Assembly: GCA_965215505.1 (NCBI GenBank)
Contig: OZ244065.1
Span: forward strand, 640,001-704,000
Direction of reading: 5' to 3'
Source: Capsulimonadaceae bacterium
GTDB lineage: Bacteria > Armatimonadota > Armatimonadia > Armatimonadales > Capsulimonadaceae
Length of the DNA: 64,000 nt
The translations under genes were made by a program, and so were the position numbers. Below, in pieces: positions 56,657 to 64,000 of the stretch (position 1 is its first letter; each line of letters opens with the position of its first letter). The notes below the pieces were generated by a model. The model searched no databases, was not told the DNA's origin, and saw nothing but the letters and a program-made list of their open reading frames with translations.

Positions 56657-57774
56657 TCGGTTCCCTTCTCCGACGGCGGCGGAACCGGCACGGTCGGTGT
56701 GGCGGCCGAGCGCGGCACCGATTGGTGCCGTGACGCCAAAACCTGCGTTTGGCGCGGGTGCGCGGCCTGCCACCCAGCGGCCTCCGCCAGCAGCCGGCCG
56801 CGGTCGCCCGCCTCGTCGCGCAGAACGGTCAGCATGAACTGCTCGTGCGCGGCGGCGCGGGCGGCAACGGTGCGCCCGCTGCCGGTGAGGCGCGTCGTCT
56901 CGAACAAGATGGTCGGCACACCAAGCACAATCGCGCCGTAGCGGTGGGCCAGCCGCGCCGGGTGCGTGTCCGTGATCCAATGGCTGACGACGGGGAAGCC
57001 CTCCGCCAGCATCGCTCCCTGAACGACCGCCTGCGCGTCATCACAAGCGGCGACGACAGGGGCGCTTGCTCCGCTGCCCGCCTGGGCCGCCTCGGTGAAG
57101 TCCGGGCGCGGGTCGTTTGGGTACAGCTCGTGCTGGTCGGTCATCAGGTCCGGGTGCAGCCTTGAAATGGCCGCGTAGAGCGCCCGCGTCTCGGGCTGCG
57201 TTCGGTGCAGCCAGTCCCGGTTCAGGTCTACATTGTGAGCGTTATGCCGCAGGAAGGCTTCGGAGCCGTCCGGGTTCGCCATCGGCACGACCATGACCGT
57301 TGTCTGCTTCAAATAGCCCGCCAGCGGCGTGTCCTCGTCGGCCTTCACGAGCGAGTTGATGAACACCAGGGCACCCTCGGTGCTGGCCGGCTCGTGGCCG
57401 TGCTGGCGGCAGAGATAGAAGATGCGTTTTGGCCCCCCGGCCCCTAATTTTGGGTGGGGCTGAGGGGAACGGCCCGTAGGGGCACCGCTTGCCGTGCCCT
57501 CTTCTCCTAGTCCGGCTCCCCCAATATTGGGGGCAGGGGGGGCCGACAGCGTGACCATCCACAGGCTACGGCCCCTGACGGAGCGGCCCAGGCTAGTGAG
57601 CATCATCCGGTTGGCGTGAGACTTGTCGTAGTCCTGGAGCGACCGGAGCTGCCGGAGCATGGCGGCATAGCGCGTCGTGCCCGGAGGCCGGGTCAGGTCC
57701 TTCTCAGCGCGGGCCGGGGCATTGGCGAGGGCCAGAAAGAGCAGCGCCGGGAGGGCGCGAATCCAGTGAGGCAT
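56653..57774 (-). CDS. Exported M14 zinc carboxypeptidase-like protein with in-frame repeat insertion
   Basis: Signal peptide, QHGHE, NPDG, DLNRDW, DQHE and LFE. Paralogue of 54202-55515. Confidence 0.88.
   Translation of the reverse strand: MPHWIRALPALLFLALANAPARAEKDLTRPPGTTRYAAMLRQLRSLQDYDKSHANRMMLTSLGRSVRGRSLWMVTLSAPPAPNIGGAGLGEEGTASGAPTGRSPQPHPKLGAGGPKRIFYLCRQHGHEPASTEGALVFINSLVKADEDTPLAGYLKQTTVMVVPMANPDGSEAFLRHNAHNVDLNRDWLHRTQPETRALYAAISRLHPDLMTDQHELYPNDPRPDFTEAAQAGSGASAPVVAACDDAQAVVQGAMLAEGFPVVSHWITDTHPARLAHRYGAIVLGVPTILFETTRLTGSGRTVAARAAAHEQFMLTVLRDEAGDRGRLLAEAAGWQAAHPRQTQVLASRHQSVPRSAATPTVPVPPPSEKGTE
57431..57544. repeat. Composite palindromic repeat (outer IR plus central GTAG REP) inside a CDS
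   Basis: GGCCCCCCGGCCCCTAATTTTGGG ... GTAGGGGCACCGCTTGCCGTGCCCT ... CCCCCAATATTGGGGGCAGGGGGGGCC, 114 bp. Confidence 0.8.
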
Positions 57775-57833
57775 GACTTGCTTCCTCTTTTGGGATTATC
57801 GGCGGGGGGCTGTCAAATATACAGGGCTTCTGG

Positions 57834-57893
57834 AGGGCGGGGGGACGCCGCCCCTACAAGATTACGGCGTAGGGGAGCGATTCATCACGCCCT
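57834..57893. repeat. REPIN (two inverted GTAG-type REPs)
   Basis: AGGGCGGGGGGACGCCGCCCCTAC ... GTAGGGGAGCGATTCATCACGCCCT. The first REP differs by one base from that at 6267. Confidence 0.85.
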
Positions 57894-57923
57894 CTGTCCA
57901 ACTTGACGACGAGAGCGAGTCGG

Positions 57924-59075
57924 TTAGCGCCCCTTCACCTTGCGGACCATCTTTTGGTAAGTCGGCTTGCCGGTCGTGTAGACCCAGTAGGCGGCCTTGT
58001 TATAGACGAGGTCGAACTCGCCGACGTACTCGACGTAGCGCGTGCCGAAGCCCTCTTTGAAGCGGTTCAAGCCCTGCAAGTGGTCTTCCTTCTCCACTTC
58101 GGCGGCGGACTCGCCTTCCTGACGGCGGCGCGGGCTGACGCCCCGGAAGTCGTACCAGACGCAGCCCGCCTCGCGCGCCCAGCGGATCATCGCCCACTGC
58201 ATCGCATAGTTCGGCATGACGTTCCGGTGTTCGTTGGACGACTCGCCGTAGACGTACCAGGCCTTGTCGCCGATGATAAAACACAAAGCGCCGGACAAGA
58301 TCTGGCCCTGGTAGCGGGTCATGAACAGCTTCGCCATGCCGGCGGGGACCAGGTTGTCCCAGAGCGTCTGGAAGTAGGACAGCGGGCGGGGGCGGAAGCC
58401 GTTGCGCGCGCCCGTCACCTGCATCAAGTCGTTGAAGACGACCAGATCGTCCCGCGTCAGGTCCGTCAGCACCTCGACGCCGTGCTTCTCCAGCCCCAGC
58501 TTGATGTTACGGCGCACCTGCGGCTTGAACGCGGCCAGCAGGTCCGCCTCGGTGCGGCCCGCCAGGTCAAGCTGCATGACGCAGCGCGGCTGCGTCCCGC
58601 CGAAGCCCTGCACGTCGAAGTCGGGCGGCGGCGCGAAGCCATGCCGGGTCAGCAGGGCGGTCACATCGGCGCGCTCCACGGGCACGGCGGGGTCAATCTT
58701 GAGGAACGCCGCCCCGTCTTTGGCGGCGCGGTCACGGACGGCGGCCAGAAGGACGGACAATGCAGACTCGTCGGACCAGTCTTCCAGGAGTGGGCCGCGC
58801 GGGGCGTAGAAGAACGGGCCGACGAGGGGCAGTTTGCGGCGCAGCAGGGAGACGCCGCCGGTCATGGTGTCGCCCCGGAAGAGGCCGAGCCGGATCGGAG
58901 CCCAGTCGGCGCTCTTGACGCCCCCCCACTCCCAGGATTGCAGCACGTCGCCCTCGGGGACGCGGCCCACGAATGCGTTCCAGGCGGCGTGTTCCGACGG
59001 GCCGGTCAGCTCCCGGACGGCGAGCGGCTTGGCCGTGGGTTGTGTTTCGGATGCGGGGGAAGTCGTGAGGATCAA
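57924..59075 (-). CDS. FemABX-family lipid II aminoacyltransferase
   Basis: LQSWEWG, YAPRGP, LKIDP, RRNIK, YVYGES, YDFRG and GLNRFKEGFG. Confidence 0.92.
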   Translation of the reverse strand: MILTTSPASETQPTAKPLAVRELTGPSEHAAWNAFVGRVPEGDVLQSWEWGGVKSADWAPIRLGLFRGDTMTGGVSLLRRKLPLVGPFFYAPRGPLLEDWSDESALSVLLAAVRDRAAKDGAAFLKIDPAVPVERADVTALLTRHGFAPPPDFDVQGFGGTQPRCVMQLDLAGRTEADLLAAFKPQVRRNIKLGLEKHGVEVLTDLTRDDLVVFNDLMQVTGARNGFRPRPLSYFQTLWDNLVPAGMAKLFMTRYQGQILSGALCFIIGDKAWYVYGESSNEHRNVMPNYAMQWAMIRWAREAGCVWYDFRGVSPRRRQEGESAAEVEKEDHLQGLNRFKEGFGTRYVEYVGEFDLVYNKAAYWVYTTGKPTYQKMVRKVKGR

Positions 59076-59145
59076 AGGGCGGTTGCTCCTGGGGCAAAGT
59101 CTGGGACGGTGAGATGGTTAAGTATGGCACAGGCAGGCGCGCGTG

Positions 59146-60042
59146 TCAACCGCCGTCACGCCGCCGGACCTGTTCGCGGACGATGCAGAGGAAATTTTGC
59201 AGGGCGGGCGAGGCATCCTCCTTGCGCGTGACGACTGCAAGCTCCGTGCGCGGCGCGGAGTCCGGCAGGGGGCGGTAGACGACGCCGTCGCGGTGGAGGT
59301 GCTGGACGCTGGCGGGCAGGAGGGCGATGCCCAGGCCCGCCGCCACCAGGCTGATCGCCGTCTGCATCTCGCGCACCTCCTGAACGACATGGGGCGTGAA
59401 GCCGGCCCCCTCGCAGACGGCGCGGACGACTTGGGCATAAGAGGGCAGCGGCTTTTCTGGGAACGAGACGAACGGCTCCCCGGCCAGCATCGTCAGCGAC
59501 AGTTCGGGCAGCCCCGCCAGCGGGTGGGCGGCGGGCAGGGCGACAAGGAACGGCTCGCGCAGGATGGCCTCGACGGTGGCATCAACCTCATCAGTGTGGG
59601 GCCGGGCAAACCCGACATGGATGCTGCGGTCGCGCAAGGCGGCGGACTGCTCCACGGCGTTCAGCTCCATCAGCGACAGTGCGACGTCCGGGAACCGTGC
59701 CCGGAAGTCGTGCAGGACGGCGGGCAGCAGGTCGTAGGTGGCCGACGCGGCGAACCCGATGCCGAGCCAGCCCGTCTCGCCGCGCGCCGCCCTTTGTGTA
59801 GACTGCACGGCACCGTCAAGGGTGTCGAGTGTCTGCCGTGCCCCATCCAAGAAAACCTCACCCGCTGGGGTAAGCTGCACCCGGCGGCTGGTCCTCTGGA
59901 ACAGCGTCACGCCCAGTTCACGCTCTAGCTGCTGTATCTGCTGACTGAGCGGCGGCTGGGCGATGAACAGGCGCGCGGCGGCCCGCCCGAAGTGGAGTTC
60001 TTCGGCCACGGCAACGAAATAGCGCAGGTGCCTCAGTTCCAT
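59146..60042 (-). CDS. LysR family regulator (BenM/HcaR/AlsR-like)
   Basis: MELRHLRYFVAVAEELHFGRAAARLFIAQPPLSQQI. Confidence 0.95.
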   Translation of the reverse strand: MELRHLRYFVAVAEELHFGRAAARLFIAQPPLSQQIQQLERELGVTLFQRTSRRVQLTPAGEVFLDGARQTLDTLDGAVQSTQRAARGETGWLGIGFAASATYDLLPAVLHDFRARFPDVALSLMELNAVEQSAALRDRSIHVGFARPHTDEVDATVEAILREPFLVALPAAHPLAGLPELSLTMLAGEPFVSFPEKPLPSYAQVVRAVCEGAGFTPHVVQEVREMQTAISLVAAGLGIALLPASVQHLHRDGVVYRPLPDSAPRTELAVVTRKEDASPALQNFLCIVREQVRRRDGG

Positions 60043-60070
60043 AGCCACAGCCTCTCAATCGGGCGACAAA

Positions 60071-60106
60071 GATATATTGGACACACGCAAGATTATAGCG
60101 CATAAT
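60071..60106 (+). promoter_or_regulatory. Divergent promoter region with a LysR-type site
   Basis: TGGACA-17-CATAAT, and ATTAT-AGCGC-ATAAT (T-N11-A) at 60092-60106. Confidence 0.5.
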
Positions 60107-60134
60107 GATCGTGTTTAGGCAGGAGGAGGCCGAC

Positions 60135-60929
60135 ATGAGCGAGACGACAGGAGCGCCAGTGCGCTCGGCGAAGGACCAGTTTGACAAACAGGCCGCCCAT
60201 TATGACAAGCAGTGGAACACCTGGAGTGAGGAGACTTTGGGCTGGCTTCTGGCGAACGCCGCCCCAAAGCCGACCGATTTCGTGCTGGACGTTGCGACCG
60301 GTACGGGCTTTACGGCCCTGGCCTTCGCCCCATTGGTCACGACCGTGATCGGCATGGACGTTTCGCCGGGGATGCTGGAACAGGCCCGCAAACAGGCCGG
60401 AGAGCGGAGGATCGCCAACGCCGTCTTCCAGGAAGGCGCGGCCGAGTCGCTGCCGTTCGGCGAGGGGGCTTTCGACATCGTAACCTGTCGGATCGCGCCG
60501 CACCACTTTTTGAGCGTCGAAAAGTTCCTAGAGGAAGCGGCCCGCGTCCTGAAGACGGGCGGGCGGCTGGCCCTAGTGGACACGGCCGTTCCCGACGACT
60601 CGCCCGAGGCGGCGGCCTGGCAGAACGAAGTAGAGGCCGTGCGCGACCCGTCTCATGTCCGCAACTACACGCCGCAGGAGTGGCGGACGATGGCCGAAGC
60701 GGCGGGCCTGACCGTGACCGAATGCGGCAGCGGCGGGGGCGGCATCACCATCCCCCTGTCCGACTGGATCGTCAAGGCTGGCTGCACGCCCGACCAAGCC
60801 GCCGAGGTCCGCCACCGCTTCGCCGACGCGCCCCAGAGCGCCCGGACGGCGTTCCAGATTGAAACGACGCCGGACGGCGGAACCGTTTTCACCTGGCAGC
60901 GCGTCACGCTCCTGGCCGTGAAGCCGTGA
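60135..60929 (+). CDS. Class I SAM-dependent methyltransferase
   Basis: VLDVATGTG, AESLPF, RIAPHHF and RDPSH. AGGAGG RBS. Confidence 0.92.
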   Translation: MSETTGAPVRSAKDQFDKQAAHYDKQWNTWSEETLGWLLANAAPKPTDFVLDVATGTGFTALAFAPLVTTVIGMDVSPGMLEQARKQAGERRIANAVFQEGAAESLPFGEGAFDIVTCRIAPHHFLSVEKFLEEAARVLKTGGRLALVDTAVPDDSPEAAAWQNEVEAVRDPSHVRNYTPQEWRTMAEAAGLTVTECGSGGGGITIPLSDWIVKAGCTPDQAAEVRHRFADAPQSARTAFQIETTPDGGTVFTWQRVTLLAVKP

Positions 60930-60980
60930 GAGCAGCCAGAGCGGGTACAATAACGGGAGTTTTAGAAAGGCATTACCCCA

Positions 60981-61799
60981 ATGCGCGCACGTTTTCTCGC
61001 TTTTACTCTGCTGCTGTCCCTGCTGGCAGTCTCCGCCGCCAAGGCCGCGCCGACGCAGCTCACCTGGTACGGACACTCGGCTTTTAAGATCACGACGCCT
61101 TCCGGCAAGGTCGTCCTGCTGGACCCCTGGATCACCAACCCGGCAAACAAGAACGGGGCCGCCGACCTGGCCGGCATCACGCGGGCCGACCTGATCCTGA
61201 TTACGCACGGTCACTTTGACCATGTCGGCGACTCGGTCGTCATCGCCACCAAGACCGGCGCCAAGCTGGTCGCCACCGGCGATCTGGCCGACGCGCTTGT
61301 CGCCTACGGCGGCTACCCGAAGGCGCAGGCGGGCATGGACACGCAGGGGAACTTCGGCGGCGAGCTTTCCTTGCTCGGCGGCGAGGTCAAAGTCCTGTTC
61401 GTCCCGGCGATCCACAGCTCGTCGGTCACGCCCCCGCCCGGCAGTACGGACACGAACCCGCACGCGGGCGGCAACCCCGGCGGGTTCGTCATCACCGTCG
61501 CGGGCGGCCCGACGTTTTATGACACCGGCGACACCGACGAGTACGCAGACATGGCGCTCATCCCGAAGGCGCACAAGATCGATGTCATGCTCTGCTGCAT
61601 CGGCGACCACTACACGATGGGACCCGTCCGCGCCGCCGACGCGGTGAAGATGGTCGGCCCGCGCGTCGTCATCCCGTGCCACTACGGCACGTTTCCTATC
61701 CTGGTCGGGACGCCCGCCGAGTTCAGCGACGCCCTGAAGGCGAACGGCTCCAAAGCAAAGATGACCGTGATGAGCGTTGATCAGACGCTCACTTTCTGA
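60981..61799 (+). CDS. Metallo-beta-lactamase-fold hydrolase (UPF0173-like) with signal peptide
   Basis: WYGHS, DPW, THGHFDH, GDT and PCHYGTF. Confidence 0.9.
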   Translation: MRARFLAFTLLLSLLAVSAAKAAPTQLTWYGHSAFKITTPSGKVVLLDPWITNPANKNGAADLAGITRADLILITHGHFDHVGDSVVIATKTGAKLVATGDLADALVAYGGYPKAQAGMDTQGNFGGELSLLGGEVKVLFVPAIHSSSVTPPPGSTDTNPHAGGNPGGFVITVAGGPTFYDTGDTDEYADMALIPKAHKIDVMLCCIGDHYTMGPVRAADAVKMVGPRVVIPCHYGTFPILVGTPAEFSDALKANGSKAKMTVMSVDQTLTF

Positions 61800-61811
61800 G
61801 GAAAAAGACCC

Positions 61812-63218
61812 ATGCCGAAAACGATGTTCGAGAAGATCTGGGACGCCCACGTCGTCCGCGAGGAAGCGGGTCAGCCCGCCCTGCTCTATGTGGACCTGCA
61901 TCTGGTCCATGAGGTGACCTCGCCGCAGGCTTTCGAGGGCCTGCGCCTGACCGGGCGCAAGGTCCGCCGCCCGGACCTGACGGTCGCGACGATGGACCAC
62001 AACGTCCCGACGACCAGCCGCTCGCTGCCCATTCTGGACCAGATCTCCAAGAAGCAGATGGAGGCCTTGGCCGAGAACTGCCGCGAGTTCGGCGTCACGC
62101 TCTACGACATCCATTCCAAGCGGCAGGGCATCGTCCACGTCATCGGCCCCGAGCTTGGGCTGACCCAGCCCGGCATGACCATTGTCTGCGGCGACAGCCA
62201 CACCAGTACCCACGGCGCGTTCGGCGCATTGGCCTTCGGCATCGGCACGAGCGAGGTGGAACACGTCCTGGCGACCCAATGCCTGCCGCAGTCACGCCCC
62301 AAGACGATGGAGATCCGCGTCAATGGCGAGTTAGGTATGGGCGTCACGGCCAAAGACATCATCCTCGCCATCATCGGCAAGATCGGCACGGACGGCGCGA
62401 CGGGCTACGTCGTCGAGTACACGGGTGAGGCCATCCGCGCCCTCTCGATGGAGGGCCGGATGACCGTCTGCAACATGAGCATCGAGGCGGGCGCGCGGGC
62501 CGGCATGATCGCCCCGGACGACAAGACGTTCGCCTACATCCAGGGCAAGCCGTCCGCCCCCGCCGGTGAGCAGTGGGAGGAGGCGCTGACCGCCTGGCGC
62601 GCGCTGCCGACCGACGCGGGTGCCTCCTATGACACGCTCGTCGAGATGGACGCCGCCGAGATCGCCCCGCACGTTTCGTGGGGCACCAGCCCCGGCATGG
62701 TGGTCCCGATCACCGCTTCGGTCCCCTCCCCCAACGACTACGCCGACCCCGCCGACCGCCGGGCGACCGAGCGCGCCTTGGAGTACATGGGGCTAGGCGC
62801 GGGCGTCCCGATGCGCGGGATCGAACTCGACACCGTCTTCATCGGCTCCTGCACGAACGGCCGGATCGAGGACCTGCGGGCGGCCGCGTCCGTCCTGAAG
62901 GGCCACACGGTCCGGGCGGGCCTGCGCGCCCTGGTAGTCCCCGGCTCGGTCCAGGTCAAGCTCCAGGCCGAAGCCGAGGGCCTGGACCAAGTCTTCAAGG
63001 ACGCTGGGTTCGACTGGCGCGAGGCCGGCTGCTCCATGTGCCTCGGCATGAACCCGGACATCTTGCAGCCCGGCGAGCGCTGCGCGTCCACCTCCAACCG
63101 CAACTTCGAGGGCCGCCAGGGCAAGGGCGGGCGGACCCACCTCGTCAGCCCCCAGATGGCGGCGGCGGCGGCCATCGAGGGGCATCTGGTTGACATTCGA
63201 GAGTGGGAGAAGAACTGA
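61812..63218 (+). CDS. leuC: 3-isopropylmalate dehydratase large subunit
   Basis: [29 protein letters not shown] and [11 protein letters not shown]. Confidence 0.97.
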   Translation: MPKTMFEKIWDAHVVREEAGQPALLYVDLHLVHEVTSPQAFEGLRLTGRKVRRPDLTVATMDHNVPTTSRSLPILDQISKKQMEALAENCREFGVTLYDIHSKRQGIVHVIGPELGLTQPGMTIVCGDSHTSTHGAFGALAFGIGTSEVEHVLATQCLPQSRPKTMEIRVNGELGMGVTAKDIILAIIGKIGTDGATGYVVEYTGEAIRALSMEGRMTVCNMSIEAGARAGMIAPDDKTFAYIQGKPSAPAGEQWEEALTAWRALPTDAGASYDTLVEMDAAEIAPHVSWGTSPGMVVPITASVPSPNDYADPADRRATERALEYMGLGAGVPMRGIELDTVFIGSCTNGRIEDLRAAASVLKGHTVRAGLRALVVPGSVQVKLQAEAEGLDQVFKDAGFDWREAGCSMCLGMNPDILQPGERCASTSNRNFEGRQGKGGRTHLVSPQMAAAAAIEGHLVDIREWEKN

Positions 63219-63245
63219 TACTGTGCGGAGGCGAAGGAGTGCCGG

Positions 63246-63632
63246 ATGCCCTCATTTGAATTCGTGCGGCTAGGCATTCCTTGCACAGTGCAGACCAGGA
63301 ACAAGAGCCGCTTGGACAACTACAAGCGCGACGTGCGGAGGGCCGCCACAGCACTCTGGCCGGGTGATGTTCTTCCTCTGGCCGTTCCGGTCAGCGTCAC
63401 CATCAGCTACTACTACACGAGCGACGCGCTGGACGTGGACAACATCATCAAGCCAATCCTGGACCAATTGAAGGGTCTGGTTTACCAAGATGATTTGCAG
63501 GTGATTAGAGTCGTCAGTCAGAAGAGCCTGGTACGCACTGAGGGCGTAGCGAGTACCAACGCCTCCTCGGTGCTGACGGGCGGGTTAAGGTCGAAGGACG
63601 ATTTTCTGCACGTCCTGGTAGAATGGGAGTGA
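63246..63632 (+). CDS. RusA-like (Holliday junction resolvase fold) protein
   Basis: DVDNIIKPILDQL...YQDD matches the RusA D.DN..K...D.L......DD catalytic pattern. AAGGAG RBS. Confidence 0.8.
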   Translation: MPSFEFVRLGIPCTVQTRNKSRLDNYKRDVRRAATALWPGDVLPLAVPVSVTISYYYTSDALDVDNIIKPILDQLKGLVYQDDLQVIRVVSQKSLVRTEGVASTNASSVLTGGLRSKDDFLHVLVEWE

Positions 63633-63643
63633 GGGAAACACTG

Positions 63644-64000
63644 ATGCAAACGATGATCGCGCCATCGCCGACTGTCCGCCCCCTAGAAGCCGCCGAAATC
63701 CGGCAGCACATCTCAGAGGGAGGGCAACTGATCGCTTCGGGGCAACGAGTGGCTGCCGCCGTCCGGCTCTGGACAGCGTTTGAGGCCGCCGTTCGTTTCT
63801 CACTGACCGAGCTAGGGCAAAGGACTGACGATCCCATATGGATCAGTGATACTCCCTACGGACTATCGACGCAGGCGGTCGCCTACGGCGTCATTGACCC
63901 GGAAGACCGCGACGTATTGCTGCGCTTCCTGCCCATGCGAGACGCAGCCGCACACGGCAACGCAGAAGCCATTGATGCCAGCGTACTTGAGGATGTTAGC
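63644..64000 (+). CDS. HEPN-like protein, partial (runs off the window)
   Basis: Manual translation, open to the window end: MQTMIAP...AAAVRLWTAFEAAVR...GVIDPEDRDVLLRFLPMRDAAAHGN, with an R-x4-H motif. GAGGG RBS. Confidence 0.65.
   Translation, partial: MQTMIAPSPTVRPLEAAEIRQHISEGGQLIASGQRVAAAVRLWTAFEAAVRFSLTELGQRTDDPIWISDTPYGLSTQAVAYGVIDPEDRDVLLRFLPMRDAAAHGNAEAIDASVLEDVS

Noticed and set aside
60981-61799. Beta-lactamase
   Set aside because: Motifs fit UPF0173-like hydrolases, not class B beta-lactamases.

Overview
A GC-rich bacterial chromosomal window. Gene style (SARP-ATPase-TPR regulator, Uma2 nuclease, abundant palindromic repeats) is compatible with an Armatimonadota-like soil bacterium, but that is inference only. 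All family calls come from motif recognition by eye, not database searches. Most of the window is housekeeping or nutritional: sdhC 5' end with a divergent LysR gene, APC permease, tRNA-Ala(GGC), xylB, S9/M15/M14/S51/metallo-peptidases, MTA phosphorylase, liv and sugar ABC components with a GH5, ftcD, alr, a FemABX-type transferase and leuC. Accessory patches: (1) a decayed JAB/MPN-domain gene coupled to a Cys-rich small gene, abutting an intact IS630 element, next to a broken DUF433/PIN toxin-antitoxin pair (3.5-6.4 kb); (2) a compact HEPN / DUF488 x2 / dual-OB-like x2 / NTF2-like cluster (12.3-15.9 kb), the best candidate for an uncharacterised nucleic-acid conflict or repair system; (3) a RusA-like + HEPN-like pair directly after leuC; (4) a Fem-transferase / M14 / atypical racemase / M14 cell-wall cluster. 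Two families of palindromic repeats are scattered through the window: GTAG-type REPs/REPINs and four-hairpin elements with conserved TGAA/TTCA loops. One composite repeat sits in-frame inside an M14 peptidase gene.
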